Positions 49,331 to 61,209 are shown, numbered from the stretch's first letter. The stretch is DNA of 64,000 bases from Acidimicrobiia bacterium (GCA_965203555.1 CBDBCY010000004.1:136961-200960); one strand, 5' to 3'. Notes: generated by a model not told the origin, from the letters alone. Made by a program: numbers and translations.

Positions 49331-50761
49331 GTGAAGCCGGTTATCACCCCCGAAGAAGCCGCTCGGTTGGACCGGGTGAGCGCCGAGCCGGTCGAAATCC
49401 TCATGGAGCGAGCCGGCTGGGCAGTGGAGATCGCTGCGGCCCGGATGGGAGCGGGTTACGGGAGCCGGGTGGCGGTACTGGTCGGGCCGGGCAACAACGG
49501 AGGGGATGGCTACGTGGCTGCCGGACTGCTGCGCCGGCGGGGAGCGGCGGTTGTCATACACCAGTTGAGGGAGCCGAAGACCCAAGCCGCCCTCTGGGCA
49601 CTGCAGCGGGCGGTAGCCGCCGGAGTGCAGATTCAGGAGATGGCCGGGCCGCCTCCCTCAGGGGTAGATCTGGTGGTGGACGCCGTGTTCGGAGGAGGGT
49701 ATCGCGGCCGGTGCCCGCCGACGCTGGCAGCGTGGATGGACCTTCCGGCGCCCGTTCTGGCGGTGGACTTTCCCTCCGGGGTGGATCCGGCCACCGGTGA
49801 GGTCGGAGACCGAGCATTCTCGGCTGACCTCACCGTCACCTTCCAAGCTCTCAAAACCGGCCATCTCCTGGGAGAGGGACCCGACCGGTGCGGAAGGATC
49901 GAAGTTGCCGACATCGGCCTGACCGGGTTGAGACCCTCGATGTTGGTGGCCGAGGAGAGCGACTGTCCTCGCCCGAACCGGCGCCGGACCGCCCACAAGT
50001 GGACGGCCGGATCGGTGATTGTGGTCGGGGGATCCCGGGGAATGACCGGGGCGGCGCTGTTAGCCGCTCGGTCCGCGCTCCGTGCCGGAGCGGGAGCGGT
50101 GGAATTGATGGTCCCTGGGGGATGTCAATCGTTGGTGGCGGGCGCCGCCCCTGAACTGTTGACGTCCGGTCTTGGAAAAGGACAGCATTTCGAACCGGCT
50201 CGAGTGGAGGCTTGCGTGGAGAGAGCGGCCCGTTTCGACGTGATGGTCATCGGGCCGGGCATCGGGAGGGCCGAAGAGACCCGGCAATGGGCGCGGCGAG
50301 TCATCGCCCGGCGGGCCGGTGCTCTGGTGGTGGATGCAGATGCCCTGCGAGCCGCGGACGTGGCGCTTCTGTCGGGGCGGCGAGAGCCCACGGTGATCAC
50401 TCCGCATCGGGGTGAACTGGCGTCGCTGACCGGCCCCGATCCCGGCCTGGCCGAGATGCAGGGCTTGGGTATGTTGGGGATGGTGGTGTTGGGCAAGGGC
50501 GCCCCGACCTTGGTGTGTGATGAATCAACGACCTGGGCCGTGACTGAGGGTGGTCCTGAACTGGCCACCATCGGCTCGGGGGATGTCCTGGCCGGGTGGT
50601 TGGCTGCTCTGTGGGCGCGGGGCCTGTCACCGTCGGTGGCTGCTCGTTCGGCGGCCTTCTGGCATGGGCGGGCGGGCGCCTTCCTGGCAGCGCGTCGAAC
50701 GGTGACCGCCGATGGCCTGGCCGATGAGGTGGGCCGCTGGGCCTGGGAGAGGAGCAGGTGA
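49331..50761 (+). CDS. nnr: Bifunctional NAD(P)H-hydrate repair enzyme Nnr (epimerase + ADP-dependent dehydratase)
   Basis: 476-aa ORF with YjeF N-terminal (GPGNNGGDG) and C-terminal carbohydrate-kinase-like domains. Confidence 0.88.
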   Translation: MKPVITPEEAARLDRVSAEPVEILMERAGWAVEIAAARMGAGYGSRVAVLVGPGNNGGDGYVAAGLLRRRGAAVVIHQLREPKTQAALWALQRAVAAGVQIQEMAGPPPSGVDLVVDAVFGGGYRGRCPPTLAAWMDLPAPVLAVDFPSGVDPATGEVGDRAFSADLTVTFQALKTGHLLGEGPDRCGRIEVADIGLTGLRPSMLVAEESDCPRPNRRRTAHKWTAGSVIVVGGSRGMTGAALLAARSALRAGAGAVELMVPGGCQSLVAGAAPELLTSGLGKGQHFEPARVEACVERAARFDVMVIGPGIGRAEETRQWARRVIARRAGALVVDADALRAADVALLSGRREPTVITPHRGELASLTGPDPGLAEMQGLGMLGMVVLGKGAPTLVCDESTTWAVTEGGPELATIGSGDVLAGWLAALWARGLSPSVAARSAAFWHGRAGAFLAARRTVTADGLADEVGRWAWERSR

Positions 50762-51876
50762 GCAGACCGTCCTGGGCGGAGGTCGATCTGAGGGCGGTGG
50801 CCCACAACGTCGGGGAATTGGTTCGCTGTGCATCAGGCGCCCGGGTGTGCGCGGTGGTGAAGGCGAACGGGTACGGCCACGGGGCGCCCCAGGTGGCCGG
50901 GGCCGCGTTGGCGGGTGGGGCCGAATGGTTGGCGGTGGCGACGGTGGAGGAGGGAGTCCAATTGCGGGAGGAAGGAATAAAAGCGCCCGTGCTACTGCTT
51001 TCTGAACCGCCAGGAGGCGATCTGGAGGAGGTGATAAGACAGGGAATCACCCCCACCGTTTACCGCGGGAAAACCATCGCTGCCCTGGCCCGGGCAACCA
51101 TGGATCTTGGAAAGCAGGCATTCGACATACACCTCAAAGTCGACACCGGGATGCATCGGGTCGGCGCCCCACCCCAGGCGCTGGGCCGGCTGGTAGGGGA
51201 GGTGTCGAGAGCCGGTGTTCTGACGTTGGGCGGAATCTGGAGTCACTTTGCAGTGGCGGACACCGATCCCGAATTCACCGGCGCCCAGATCAAGGCCTAT
51301 GCGGAGGCTTTCCGGCAAGCCCGCCGGTCGCCGGCTGTGCGCCGGTCACCACCTCTGCGGCATCTTGCCAACACCCCGGGTACGCTCTTTCACCTGGAGT
51401 CTCATCTGGACATGGTGCGTCCCGGACTGGGGATCTACGGCCTCTATCCGCATCCGGCGGTTCGAAAGTTGATCGACCTTCGCCCGGCTATGAGAATCGT
51501 TTCCCATGTATCCCATTTGTCGCGACACCCGCCGGGGACCCGCCCCTCCTACGGTCGCATCCGCGGCTTGATGACAGAGTCAGCGGTCGCCACCCTGCCC
51601 CTGGGTTACGCTGACGGGGTGCCCCGCCTCATCTCCGAAGGAGGGGAGGTGTTGATCGGGGGACGGCGATTCCCATTGGCGGGTCGAGTGACGATGGACC
51701 AATTGGTGGTGGAGGTGGGCGATCACCCGGTTTCGGTGGGCGATGAGGCGGTGTTGATCGGTAGCCAGGGATCCGAATCGATTAGTTTCGATGACTGGGC
51801 AGCGCTGTCCGATACAATCAACTATGAAGTCGTTAGTCGGATTGGTCCCCGCTTGCCCAGACGCTATATCTCATGA
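50758..51876 (+). CDS. alr: Alanine racemase
   Basis: PLP-lysine motif AVVKANGYGHG; 372 aa. Confidence 0.93.
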   Translation: MSRPSWAEVDLRAVAHNVGELVRCASGARVCAVVKANGYGHGAPQVAGAALAGGAEWLAVATVEEGVQLREEGIKAPVLLLSEPPGGDLEEVIRQGITPTVYRGKTIAALARATMDLGKQAFDIHLKVDTGMHRVGAPPQALGRLVGEVSRAGVLTLGGIWSHFAVADTDPEFTGAQIKAYAEAFRQARRSPAVRRSPPLRHLANTPGTLFHLESHLDMVRPGLGIYGLYPHPAVRKLIDLRPAMRIVSHVSHLSRHPPGTRPSYGRIRGLMTESAVATLPLGYADGVPRLISEGGEVLIGGRRFPLAGRVTMDQLVVEVGDHPVSVGDEAVLIGSQGSESISFDDWAALSDTINYEVVSRIGPRLPRRYIS

Positions 51877-52937
51877 AGCCTGCTGATTTTCCTCTCGCTC
51901 TCGCTTACGACGACGTGTTGCTGGTGCCCCGCCGCTCGTCGGTGGGCTCCCGGCAGGAGGTAAGCCTGGCCACCCGACTGAGCCGCCGCCTCGACCTGGG
52001 GATACCGGTTATCGCCGCCAACATGGACACGGTGTGCGAGGCCGAAATGGCGGTGGCCATGGCACAGATGGGAGGCGTGGGGATCATTCATCGGTTCTTG
52101 CCGGTGGAGGATCACGCCCGGGAAGTGGAGAAGGTTAAAGAGGTCGGAGAGGACCTGCTGGTGGGCGCAGCTTTGGGAGTGGGAGAGGGCATGACCCGCC
52201 GCGCCAAGAATTGTGTGGCCGCCGGGGTGGATATTCTTGTTCTGGACATCGCCCACGGGCACGCCGAGCATGCTCTCCGGGCGGTGCGGGTTTTGAAGAA
52301 TGAGTTTGCGGAGGTGGACCTGATCGCCGGAAACATCGCCACGGGACAGGGGGCGATCGACTTGGTGAAAGCGGGAGCGGACGCCGTGAAGGTAGGAGTG
52401 GGTCCGGGAGGGGTGTGTACCACCCGGGTGGTGACCGGGGTGGGGGTTCCGCAGGTCAGCGCCCTTTACGATGTGGTGAAATCGGGGGTGGAAGCGCCTA
52501 TCATCGCCGACGGAGGGATCCGGGCCGGCGGTGACATAGCCAAGGCGCTGGCGTTGGGGGCCGACTCGGTGATGATAGGCAGCCTGCTTGCCGGCACCCG
52601 GGAAAGCCCTGGCGAAGTTGAAGAGACTTCGACCGGTCCGATCAAGCGGGTCCGGGGAATGGCGTCGTTGGAGGCGGCGGTGCTGCGGGCCGCTCGTCGG
52701 GGCGCTGAGCTCGATGACGAGTATTTCGAACACCGTTCCCCGGAAGGAATCGAACGCACAGTGGCATACCGGGGAACTGCGGCGGAGGTGATACGGTCGC
52801 TGATGGGTGGGGTGCGAAGCGCCATGAGCTATTTGGGGGCCACCGATCTGGATACCTTCCAACGCAACGCCCGTTTCGTGAGAACCACGCCCGCCGGAGT
52901 GGCGGAGAGTCATCCTCACGCTTCCTCTGGTAGCTAG
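51873..52937 (+). CDS. IMP dehydrogenase/GMP reductase family protein lacking the CBS subdomain (GuaB3-like)
   Basis: 354-aa TIM-barrel ORF with catalytic-loop motif [11 protein letters not shown]; no CBS insert. Confidence 0.85.
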   Translation: MKPADFPLALAYDDVLLVPRRSSVGSRQEVSLATRLSRRLDLGIPVIAANMDTVCEAEMAVAMAQMGGVGIIHRFLPVEDHAREVEKVKEVGEDLLVGAALGVGEGMTRRAKNCVAAGVDILVLDIAHGHAEHALRAVRVLKNEFAEVDLIAGNIATGQGAIDLVKAGADAVKVGVGPGGVCTTRVVTGVGVPQVSALYDVVKSGVEAPIIADGGIRAGGDIAKALALGADSVMIGSLLAGTRESPGEVEETSTGPIKRVRGMASLEAAVLRAARRGAELDDEYFEHRSPEGIERTVAYRGTAAEVIRSLMGGVRSAMSYLGATDLDTFQRNARFVRTTPAGVAESHPHASSGS

Positions 52938-52943
52938 GGGTTT

Positions 52944-53549
52944 ATGCGGGAACTGGAGGAGTTGGGCGCCCGGGCGAGGGTGTGCACCGACTGCCGGCTG
53001 TCCCGAAGCCGCACCAAGGTGGTGTTCGGAGTGGGCCGACCTGATGCACAGGTCATGATGGTGGGAGAGGCGCCGGGAAAGAATGAGGACCTCCAGGGCG
53101 AACCCTTTGTGGGAGCGGCCGGAAACCTTCTGAACGGGCTGCTGGCGGAGGTGGGAATGCGCCGGCAGGATGTCTACATCGCCAACGTGCTGAAGTGCCG
53201 TCCCCCCAACAATCGCGACCCGCGGCCCGACGAGATATCGGCCTGCAAGGGGTACTTGCGCCGGCAACTTGATCTGGTGGATCCCGAGGTGGTGATGACC
53301 CTGGGGAATTTCGCCACCCAACTTCTGTTACGCACCACCACCGGCATCAGCCGGATGCGGGGACGCAGCTACAAATGGTGGAGGGACAAGATCGTGATAC
53401 CGACTTTCCATCCGGCAGCCGCGCTGCGAGGCGGCGAGCGGGTGACCAACCAGATCCGTGAAGACTTGGCATTGATGAGATCGGTTCTGGACTCCCTGGA
53501 CACCGGGGAGGGAATTGAATCCGAACCGGAGCAGTTGGGCCTGTTCTGA
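52944..53549 (+). CDS. Uracil-DNA glycosylase, family 4
   Basis: CTDCRLS...; GEAPGKNED and FVGAAG motifs; HPAAALR. Confidence 0.88.
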   Translation: MRELEELGARARVCTDCRLSRSRTKVVFGVGRPDAQVMMVGEAPGKNEDLQGEPFVGAAGNLLNGLLAEVGMRRQDVYIANVLKCRPPNNRDPRPDEISACKGYLRRQLDLVDPEVVMTLGNFATQLLLRTTTGISRMRGRSYKWWRDKIVIPTFHPAAALRGGERVTNQIREDLALMRSVLDSLDTGEGIESEPEQLGLF

Positions 53550-54004
53550 TGACTATCCGGGTGGCTTGTCCCACCGCTGAACACACCTATGCGGTGGCGA
53601 CGCGTCTGGCGCCCCTGCTTCGGGCAGGAGATGTGATCGCTCTTTCCGGCCCGCTGGGATGTGGAAAGACGCTGTTCACCGGTGGGTTGGCTGCCGCTTT
53701 GGGAGTGGATGGCCCGGTTCCCAGTCCTACTTTCGTGTTGGCCCGCCACTACGACGACGGGTTCCTCCCGCTGGTGCACGTGGATGTCTACCGGCTGGGC
53801 TCTTACAACGAATTCTTGGACCTGGGCGTGCTGGACGCAGCCTCCGAAGGGGTGTTGGTTGTGGAGTGGGGAGAAGCGGTGGAGTCGCTGCTTCCGGAGC
53901 ATCTCTTGATCCGCTTCGTCGTGACCGAAGATGGAGAGCGAGTGCTGTTCTTGCAGGCGCCCCCTTCCTGGAAGTCCCGGCCGCTTCGGGAGGTGGCCAT
54001 ATGA
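53549..54004 (+). CDS. tsaE: tRNA t6A37 biosynthesis ATPase TsaE
   Basis: P-loop GPLGCGKT, 151 aa, conserved tsaE-tsaB-rimI-tsaD order. Confidence 0.9.
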   Translation: MTIRVACPTAEHTYAVATRLAPLLRAGDVIALSGPLGCGKTLFTGGLAAALGVDGPVPSPTFVLARHYDDGFLPLVHVDVYRLGSYNEFLDLGVLDAASEGVLVVEWGEAVESLLPEHLLIRFVVTEDGERVLFLQAPPSWKSRPLREVAI

Positions 54005-54714
54005 AGATAGCGGCAATCACCACCTCCACCCCGGCCTCCTCGGTGGCGCTGGTCGAAGGTCGTCGGGTGGTTTCTTCGGCGGAAAACGTCAATTCCCGGG
54101 GGCATGCCGGCTTTGTGGTGGCCGCCCTGGACTTCTGCGCCCGATCCGCCGGCTGGGCGCCGGAAGAGATAGAGTCGGTGGTGGTGGACGTGGGCCCGGG
54201 TCTCTACACCGGCATCAGGGTGGGAATCTCGGTGGCCCAGGGAATAGGCGCTTCGGTGGGCGCCCAGGTGGCGCCGGCCAGTTCCCTGGATGCGTTGGCC
54301 CTTAGGGCCGCTACCGGGCACAGACGGATTTTCGCAGTGGTGGACGTCCGTCGCCGGGAGGTGGCGGTGGCCGGCTACCGTCCGGTTCCGGGCGGAGTGA
54401 TGCGCGATCATCCGGTGGAGTTGACCACTGCGGAGCGGTTCCTGGCGATGCTCAGCACCGTTAGAGAGCAGATCCTGCTGGTAGGCGACACCGCGGCGTT
54501 GGGACAGGGGGCTATGGCCGGCTTGCAGGGGGTCCGGGTGGGCAGGCCTCGCTATCCAACCGCCGAGGCGATTGCCGAGGCCGGTCTGGGAATTCTGGAA
54601 CGAGGAGAGGCGCCCCATCCCGACGCGGTCCGACCCAAATACCTACGAGAGGCCGACGTCAACATCAATTGGGACCGTCTGCGCTCCCCGTTCAAATGGA
54701 AGGAGCGAGAATGA
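54001..54714 (+). CDS. tsaB: tRNA t6A37 biosynthesis protein TsaB
   Basis: ATG 54001 (ATGA overlap with tsaE): MKIAAITTSTPASSVALVEG...; ORF track opens at 53659 inside tsaE. Confidence 0.88.
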   Translation: MKIAAITTSTPASSVALVEGRRVVSSAENVNSRGHAGFVVAALDFCARSAGWAPEEIESVVVDVGPGLYTGIRVGISVAQGIGASVGAQVAPASSLDALALRAATGHRRIFAVVDVRRREVAVAGYRPVPGGVMRDHPVELTTAERFLAMLSTVREQILLVGDTAALGQGAMAGLQGVRVGRPRYPTAEAIAEAGLGILERGEAPHPDAVRPKYLREADVNINWDRLRSPFKWKERE

Positions 54715-55196
54715 TCGAGATCGTTCCCCTGACCGCCGATCGGCTGGACGAGGTGGTGGAGATCGAACGGAGGGTCTATCCGACGCCATGGAGCGAGGAG
54801 ACGTTCCTGGAAGAACTGGCCGCTCCCCGTCGCATCTACCTGGTGGCTCTACTGGAAGGAGAGGTGGTCGGATACGCCGGGATGATGTTGGTTGCGGACG
54901 AGGCGCATGTCACTACCGTGGTCACCGAGCCACAGCGGCGCAGGGAACGTGTGGCTACTCGACTGATGTTGCGCCTTGCCCACCGGGCGGTGCAGTCGAG
55001 AGCGCGCAGTCTCACATTGGAGGTGCGTTCTTCCAACAAAGGCGCCCAAGCCCTGTATCGGCGCTTCGGGATGGCGCCGGTGGGAGTGCGAAAGAAGTAC
55101 TACGTCTCCGAGGACGCGCTGATCATGTGGGTTCACGATATTGACGGTCCCGACTTTCAGGCACGGCTGGACGAAATCGCGGCGGGTCTGCGATGA
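54711..55196 (+). CDS. rimI: Ribosomal-protein-alanine N-acetyltransferase RimI (GNAT)
   Basis: ATG 54711 (ATGA overlap): MIEIVPLTADRLDEV...; acetyl-CoA motif RRRERVATRLM. Confidence 0.85.
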   Translation: MIEIVPLTADRLDEVVEIERRVYPTPWSEETFLEELAAPRRIYLVALLEGEVVGYAGMMLVADEAHVTTVVTEPQRRRERVATRLMLRLAHRAVQSRARSLTLEVRSSNKGAQALYRRFGMAPVGVRKKYYVSEDALIMWVHDIDGPDFQARLDEIAAGLR

Positions 55197-56203
55197 GCGG
55201 GCTGATCCTGGCGTTCGAGACCAGTTGCGACGAGACCGGGGTGGCCGTGGTCGAGGGTAACCGGGCCCTTTCCAACGTGCTCTCCTCCCAGGTGGAGTTG
55301 CATGCCCGGTTCGGCGGGGTGGTTCCCGAAGTGGCGGCCCGTTCCCATGTGGAGGCGATCCGCGGTCTGGCCCATCGAGCCCTGCTCGAAGCCGGGGTGC
55401 ATCTGAACGAACTGGAGGCGGTGGCGGCCACCCAGGGACCGGGTCTGGTGGGCGCGCTCCTGGTGGGTCATTCCTTCGCCAAAGCGTTGGCCTGGTCCCG
55501 TCGATTGCCCTTTCTTGGAATCGACCACATGGAGGGGCATCTCTTCTCGCCCCGTCTGGAGTTCCCCGACTACCGGCCGCCGGCGGTGGTGCTGCTGGCG
55601 TCCGGAGGGCACACCCAGTTGGTCCATATGCGAGGCTGGGGCGACTATCAGGTGTTGGGGGAAACGATCGACGACGCCGCCGGAGAGGCATTCGACAAAC
55701 TGGCCCGGGTGATGGGAATGGGATTTCCGGGGGGTCCGGCCATTGATCGGGCTTCCGAACATGGGGATCCCAAAGCGATACGCTTTCCTCGCGCCATGCC
55801 GCACCGTCGTCACCACTTTTCCTTCTCGGGTTTGAAGACGTCTGTGATCACCTACCTGGAAAAGGCGGCTCGCCAAGGTGCACTCCCTGATCGGGCAGAT
55901 GTCGCCGCCTCCATCCAGGAGGCCATTGTGGATGTGCTGGTCCGAAAGACGCTCAATGCGGTGGAGGACACCGGGGCAAGGGTGATCGGCGCCGGGGGCG
56001 GAGTGCTGGCCAACCGGCGCCTTCGGCATAAACTCACCGAAGCTGCTCACCAGAGAGGATTGGAGTTGTACCTGCCCTCTCCGAAACTGTGCGTCGACAA
56101 TGGCGCGATGATTGGCGCGGCCGCAGTTTTTCGCATGGAGCGAGGGGAGATAACCTCTTGGGGAGCGGGCGTCGATCCCGGCCTGCGACTGGGGCCCGGG
56201 TAG
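55193..56203 (+). CDS. tsaD: tRNA N6-adenosine threonylcarbamoyltransferase TsaD
   Basis: 336-aa ORF, FETSCDETGVAVV N-terminus, HMEGH metal site. Confidence 0.93.
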   Translation: MSGLILAFETSCDETGVAVVEGNRALSNVLSSQVELHARFGGVVPEVAARSHVEAIRGLAHRALLEAGVHLNELEAVAATQGPGLVGALLVGHSFAKALAWSRRLPFLGIDHMEGHLFSPRLEFPDYRPPAVVLLASGGHTQLVHMRGWGDYQVLGETIDDAAGEAFDKLARVMGMGFPGGPAIDRASEHGDPKAIRFPRAMPHRRHHFSFSGLKTSVITYLEKAARQGALPDRADVAASIQEAIVDVLVRKTLNAVEDTGARVIGAGGGVLANRRLRHKLTEAAHQRGLELYLPSPKLCVDNGAMIGAAAVFRMERGEITSWGAGVDPGLRLGPG

Positions 56204-56229
56204 GCGGCTCAGCCTCGTTCCCATCCTGA

Positions 56230-56256
56230 TTAGCACTCTCCATCCGAGAGTGCTAA
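56230..56256 (+). promoter_or_regulatory. CIRCE operator (HrcA binding site) upstream of groES
   Basis: Perfect TTAGCACTC-N9-GAGTGCTAA inverted repeat, 74 nt upstream of the groES ATG. Confidence 0.9.
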
Positions 56257-56329
56257 CATAGACGGGTATCTGGGAAGGTCTCTCCTAGCAGATGGCTTTC
56301 CCGTTCAGTCCAGAAAGGAAGGAGCCACT

Positions 56330-56620
56330 ATGAGGCTGGTGCCTCTTGGTGATCGGGTGGTCGTGGAACCCGACGAGGATCAGGATATGAGAACCCCGTC
56401 AGGTCTGGTTATTCCCGATACAGCCAAGGAAAAGCCCCAAATGGGGAAAGTAGTAGCGGTAGGTCCCGGTCGGCGGAATGACGACGGAGAGCGGACGCCG
56501 GTGGATGTGAGCGAGGGCGACAAAGTCCTCTATTCCAAGTACGGCGGTACCGAGGTGAAGATCGATGGGATCGAATACCTGGTGCTCTCTGCCAACGATC
56601 TGCTGGCCGTGGTCAAGTAG
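56330..56620 (+). CDS. groES: Co-chaperonin GroES
   Basis: 96-aa [17 protein letters not shown]... Confidence 0.95.
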   Translation: MRLVPLGDRVVVEPDEDQDMRTPSGLVIPDTAKEKPQMGKVVAVGPGRRNDDGERTPVDVSEGDKVLYSKYGGTEVKIDGIEYLVLSANDLLAVVK

Positions 56621-56636
56621 TTCAGGGAGGCAGTGA

Positions 56637-58277
<1,641 letters not shown>

Positions 58278-58307
58278 TCCAACCGACTGAAACCTCTACA
58301 ACCGGAG

Positions 58308-58337
58308 AAGGGACCCTTGCCGCAGCGAGGGTCCCTT
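58308..58337 (+). terminator. Intrinsic terminator-like hairpin after groEL
   Basis: AAGGGACCCT (58308..58317) - 10-nt loop - AGGGTCCCTT (58328..58337), perfect 10-bp stem followed by a T-containing tract. Confidence 0.55.
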
Positions 58338-58443
58338 TCCTGTACTTCTGGGAGTTGGAGGGGAAACTCCACCGGTGGCCGATCAACTTACCGCAGCATT
58401 AAGATATGCAGACCAAGACTATTTCTGGTTGGAGGATACGTCT

Positions 58444-59085
58444 ATGAGTCACCGTTTAGTGGTGACCCTGTTGGCATTGGGCCTTTGGGGATGTCAGAAT
58501 CCAGATACCGATGCAATGTCGGCATCATACAATTATCAGCCAGCTGTGAGAATCCAAGATACCGAGATTCTTATAGAGGACCAAGATACTGGCCCGGTTA
58601 TAGAGAGGTTACATGCAGATGGGTTTGACGGGAGCACTAGTGACGGAATAACGCTTAGACCAAATAACAATAGGTATTACTTCATGACCTTTGTCTGCCG
58701 AAGAACAAAGGAAGGTACGCCGGAGTTTGGTTTAAGCTTTGAAGTGGGCCGGTCTTTTGAGTCTGATGAAGTGCAGGTAACAATCAGAATTGGTAATAAT
58801 CAGCCTGTTACTGAAACATGGCAAATCAGAGGTGAGTCTAACTGGTGGGCGAGTCCACCAAGAGATGCTGACGTTGTCAGGTGGGTAGGAAGAATTATCA
58901 AGGCAAATAATCGGAAGATCGAAGTGTGGATCAAGGAAGCCGGTGACACCGCCGATCTGAAAACGTATACATTTCGCTTCGAGAATCGTGGTCCGGAGTT
59001 CGAGGAAGTAGGCCGATTCATCAAATCGGAACATGGCTGCGGCCATCCGATACTGGTTCGGCAGATCAATGAAAGTCCTGAATAG
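58444..59085 (+). CDS. Putative lipoprotein, unknown function (213 aa)
   Basis: ATG 58444: MSHRLVVTLLALGLWGC with lipobox-like LWGC. Gene is about 45% GC against a >60% background. ORF track opens at 58375. Confidence 0.65.
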   Translation: MSHRLVVTLLALGLWGCQNPDTDAMSASYNYQPAVRIQDTEILIEDQDTGPVIERLHADGFDGSTSDGITLRPNNNRYYFMTFVCRRTKEGTPEFGLSFEVGRSFESDEVQVTIRIGNNQPVTETWQIRGESNWWASPPRDADVVRWVGRIIKANNRKIEVWIKEAGDTADLKTYTFRFENRGPEFEEVGRFIKSEHGCGHPILVRQINESPE

Positions 59086-59090
59086 GTGGT

Positions 59091-60137
59091 GTGCCGTTGA
59101 TGGAGCGAATCCGGGAGAGAACCCCGGTCACCTTTGAAGTCTTTATGGACATGGCTCTTTACGGAACAGAGGGAGGTTACTTTCGAGCGGGGATGTTGCG
59201 ATCGGTAAAATCAGGTGACTTTCTTACCAGTCCCGAGGTGAGTTCGCTGTTTGGACAGACTCTGGCGGAGTTTGTTGGCCGGGAAGCACGGCGGGGTTGT
59301 CTTTCCCGGCCTTTAGTGGTGGATGTGGGAGCAGGGTCGGGGTCCCTCCTGCGTCCCTTGGAGGAGGTCATGCGACCGAACGTGGATCCCTGGGCGGTGG
59401 AGGTTTCACCTCCAGCCCGCCAAGCTCTTGCGGAAGTAATCGGTGAGCGGCGGGTAGTGACGGATCTGGAGGAGTTGCCAGAGAGGATCCATGGAGTGAT
59501 CTTTGCCAACGAACTTCTGGACAATCTGCCCATGGCGCTGGCCCGTAAGACCTCAAGAGGCTGGCGGGAGCTTTGGGTGGGAGACCAAGGAGGAAGACTG
59601 GAGTGGTTTGAAGAACCCCTCCGCCCGGAAGTGGAGAAGTGGTTGAAGAGATTCGCCGGGCCTGTGCCGGAAGGAGGCATGGTCGAAGTGCAACTCAAGG
59701 CTTGCCAGTGGATCAGGGACGCCTTGGCTCGATTGGAATCCGGAGCATTGGTGGTGATCGACTATGGCGACACGGCAGAGGGGTTGGAGAATCGGCGAGC
59801 CGAGGGGACGCTGCGAACATATCGGGACCATCATCTCGGCCCGCATCCGCTGGCGGAGCCGGGCCAAACGGACATCACGGCCGATGTGAACTTCACCGCG
59901 GTGATGGAAGCGGCCCGGGAAGCGGGGGCCTCGGTGACCCTGCTTCGGCAGGATGAATTCTTGGAGGATCTGGGTCTGGGGGAGCGGATCGAGGAACTCC
60001 GCCGCCAGGAAGTCGAGCTTGCCCGATCAGGCGATGAACTGCGTCGTTTGCAGGTCCGGTCGCTTCGTACCGGCGCCCAGACACTTATGCACCCCCGCGG
60101 GCTGGGAGATTTCCGGGTACTGATAGCGCGCCGATAG
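59091..60137 (+). CDS. SAM-dependent methyltransferase, DUF185 / NDUFAF7 (MidA) family
   Basis: 348-aa ORF, FLTSPEVSSLFG and VVDVGAGSGSL motifs typical of the family. Confidence 0.75.
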   Translation: MPLMERIRERTPVTFEVFMDMALYGTEGGYFRAGMLRSVKSGDFLTSPEVSSLFGQTLAEFVGREARRGCLSRPLVVDVGAGSGSLLRPLEEVMRPNVDPWAVEVSPPARQALAEVIGERRVVTDLEELPERIHGVIFANELLDNLPMALARKTSRGWRELWVGDQGGRLEWFEEPLRPEVEKWLKRFAGPVPEGGMVEVQLKACQWIRDALARLESGALVVIDYGDTAEGLENRRAEGTLRTYRDHHLGPHPLAEPGQTDITADVNFTAVMEAAREAGASVTLLRQDEFLEDLGLGERIEELRRQEVELARSGDELRRLQVRSLRTGAQTLMHPRGLGDFRVLIARR

Positions 60138-60158
60138 CGTATAAACTCCGGATCACTC

Positions 60159-61016
60159 ATGAACAACGTAAAGACCGTGGTGTTGCTGACGCTGCTCACG
60201 CTGCTCTTCTGGTGGCTGGGTGTCACCCTCTTTCCCAACGGAGGGTTCTGGATAGGACTGGCCTTGGCGGCGCTCATCAACCTGGGCGCCTATTTCTTCT
60301 CCTCCAAACTCGCCCTGATGGCGAGCCGCGCCCGCCCGGTGTCCGAGGAGGAACTTCCCCAGGTCTACGGCACGGTGCGCATGCTGACCGACTATTCCAA
60401 CATGCCGATGCCCCGCATCTACCTGATCGACTCTCCCCAGCCCAACGCCTTCGCCACCGGGCGCAGTCCCAAGCACGGGGTGGTGGCGGTCACCACCGGG
60501 CTGCTGCGGATCATGGATCGGCGTGAATTGGAAGGGGTGCTGGCGCATGAGCTTTCCCATATCCGCAACCGGGACATCCTGATCTCCTCGGTGGCGGCGA
60601 TGCTGGCGTCCGCCCTGGTCATGATGTCCCGGATGGCCTTCTGGTTCGGCGGAGGGCGCGACCGGAACAACCAGGTGGGAGCGATCATCGCCTTGGTGGC
60701 GATGATCCTGGCGCCCATTGCGGCCATCCTGATCAGAATGGCCATCTCCCGCTCCCGGGAGTACCAGGCGGACCGGACCGGCGCCGAGATCACCGGGCAG
60801 CCGCTGGCGCTGGCGTCGGCCCTGAGCAAGATCGGAATCGCCGCGGAGCGCATCCCCATGCGGGTCAACGACGCGTTCAGCCAGCTCTACATCGAAAATC
60901 CCCTCAAAAGCAACTTCCGTCGGGGAGGAGGGGGTGTCATGAAGCTCATCTCCACCCATCCGCCTATCGAGGACCGGATCCGGCGCCTCGAAAAGATGGC
61001 CGACCCCTTCTCCTGA
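60159..61016 (+). CDS. htpX: Zinc metalloprotease HtpX (peptidase M48)
   Basis: Membrane ORF with HELSHIRNRD zinc motif. Confidence 0.92.
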   Translation: MNNVKTVVLLTLLTLLFWWLGVTLFPNGGFWIGLALAALINLGAYFFSSKLALMASRARPVSEEELPQVYGTVRMLTDYSNMPMPRIYLIDSPQPNAFATGRSPKHGVVAVTTGLLRIMDRRELEGVLAHELSHIRNRDILISSVAAMLASALVMMSRMAFWFGGGRDRNNQVGAIIALVAMILAPIAAILIRMAISRSREYQADRTGAEITGQPLALASALSKIGIAAERIPMRVNDAFSQLYIENPLKSNFRRGGGGVMKLISTHPPIEDRIRRLEKMADPFS

Positions 61017-61103
61017 GACCGGTGATCACCCCCTGGGGAGAATAGGAATGCGGATTCGGAGCGGGACGCGCTAAGATATCCCATTCGGGAAAGCCTTAAC
61101 CAG

Positions 61104-61185
61104 GCCGGGATACCCAAGCGGCCAAAGGGAGCAGACTGTAAATCTGCCGGCGATGCCTTCGGAGGTTCAAATCCTTCTCCCGGCA
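61104..61185 (+). tRNA. tRNA-Tyr (anticodon GTA), long variable arm
   Basis: Acceptor GCCGGGA/TCCCGGC, anticodon stem-loop GCAGA-CTGTAAA-TCTGC, T arm GGAGG-TTCAAAT-CCTTC; CCA not encoded. Confidence 0.9.
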
Positions 61186-61209
61186 CCGGCTTTCCCGCAA
61201 AGACCAAGC

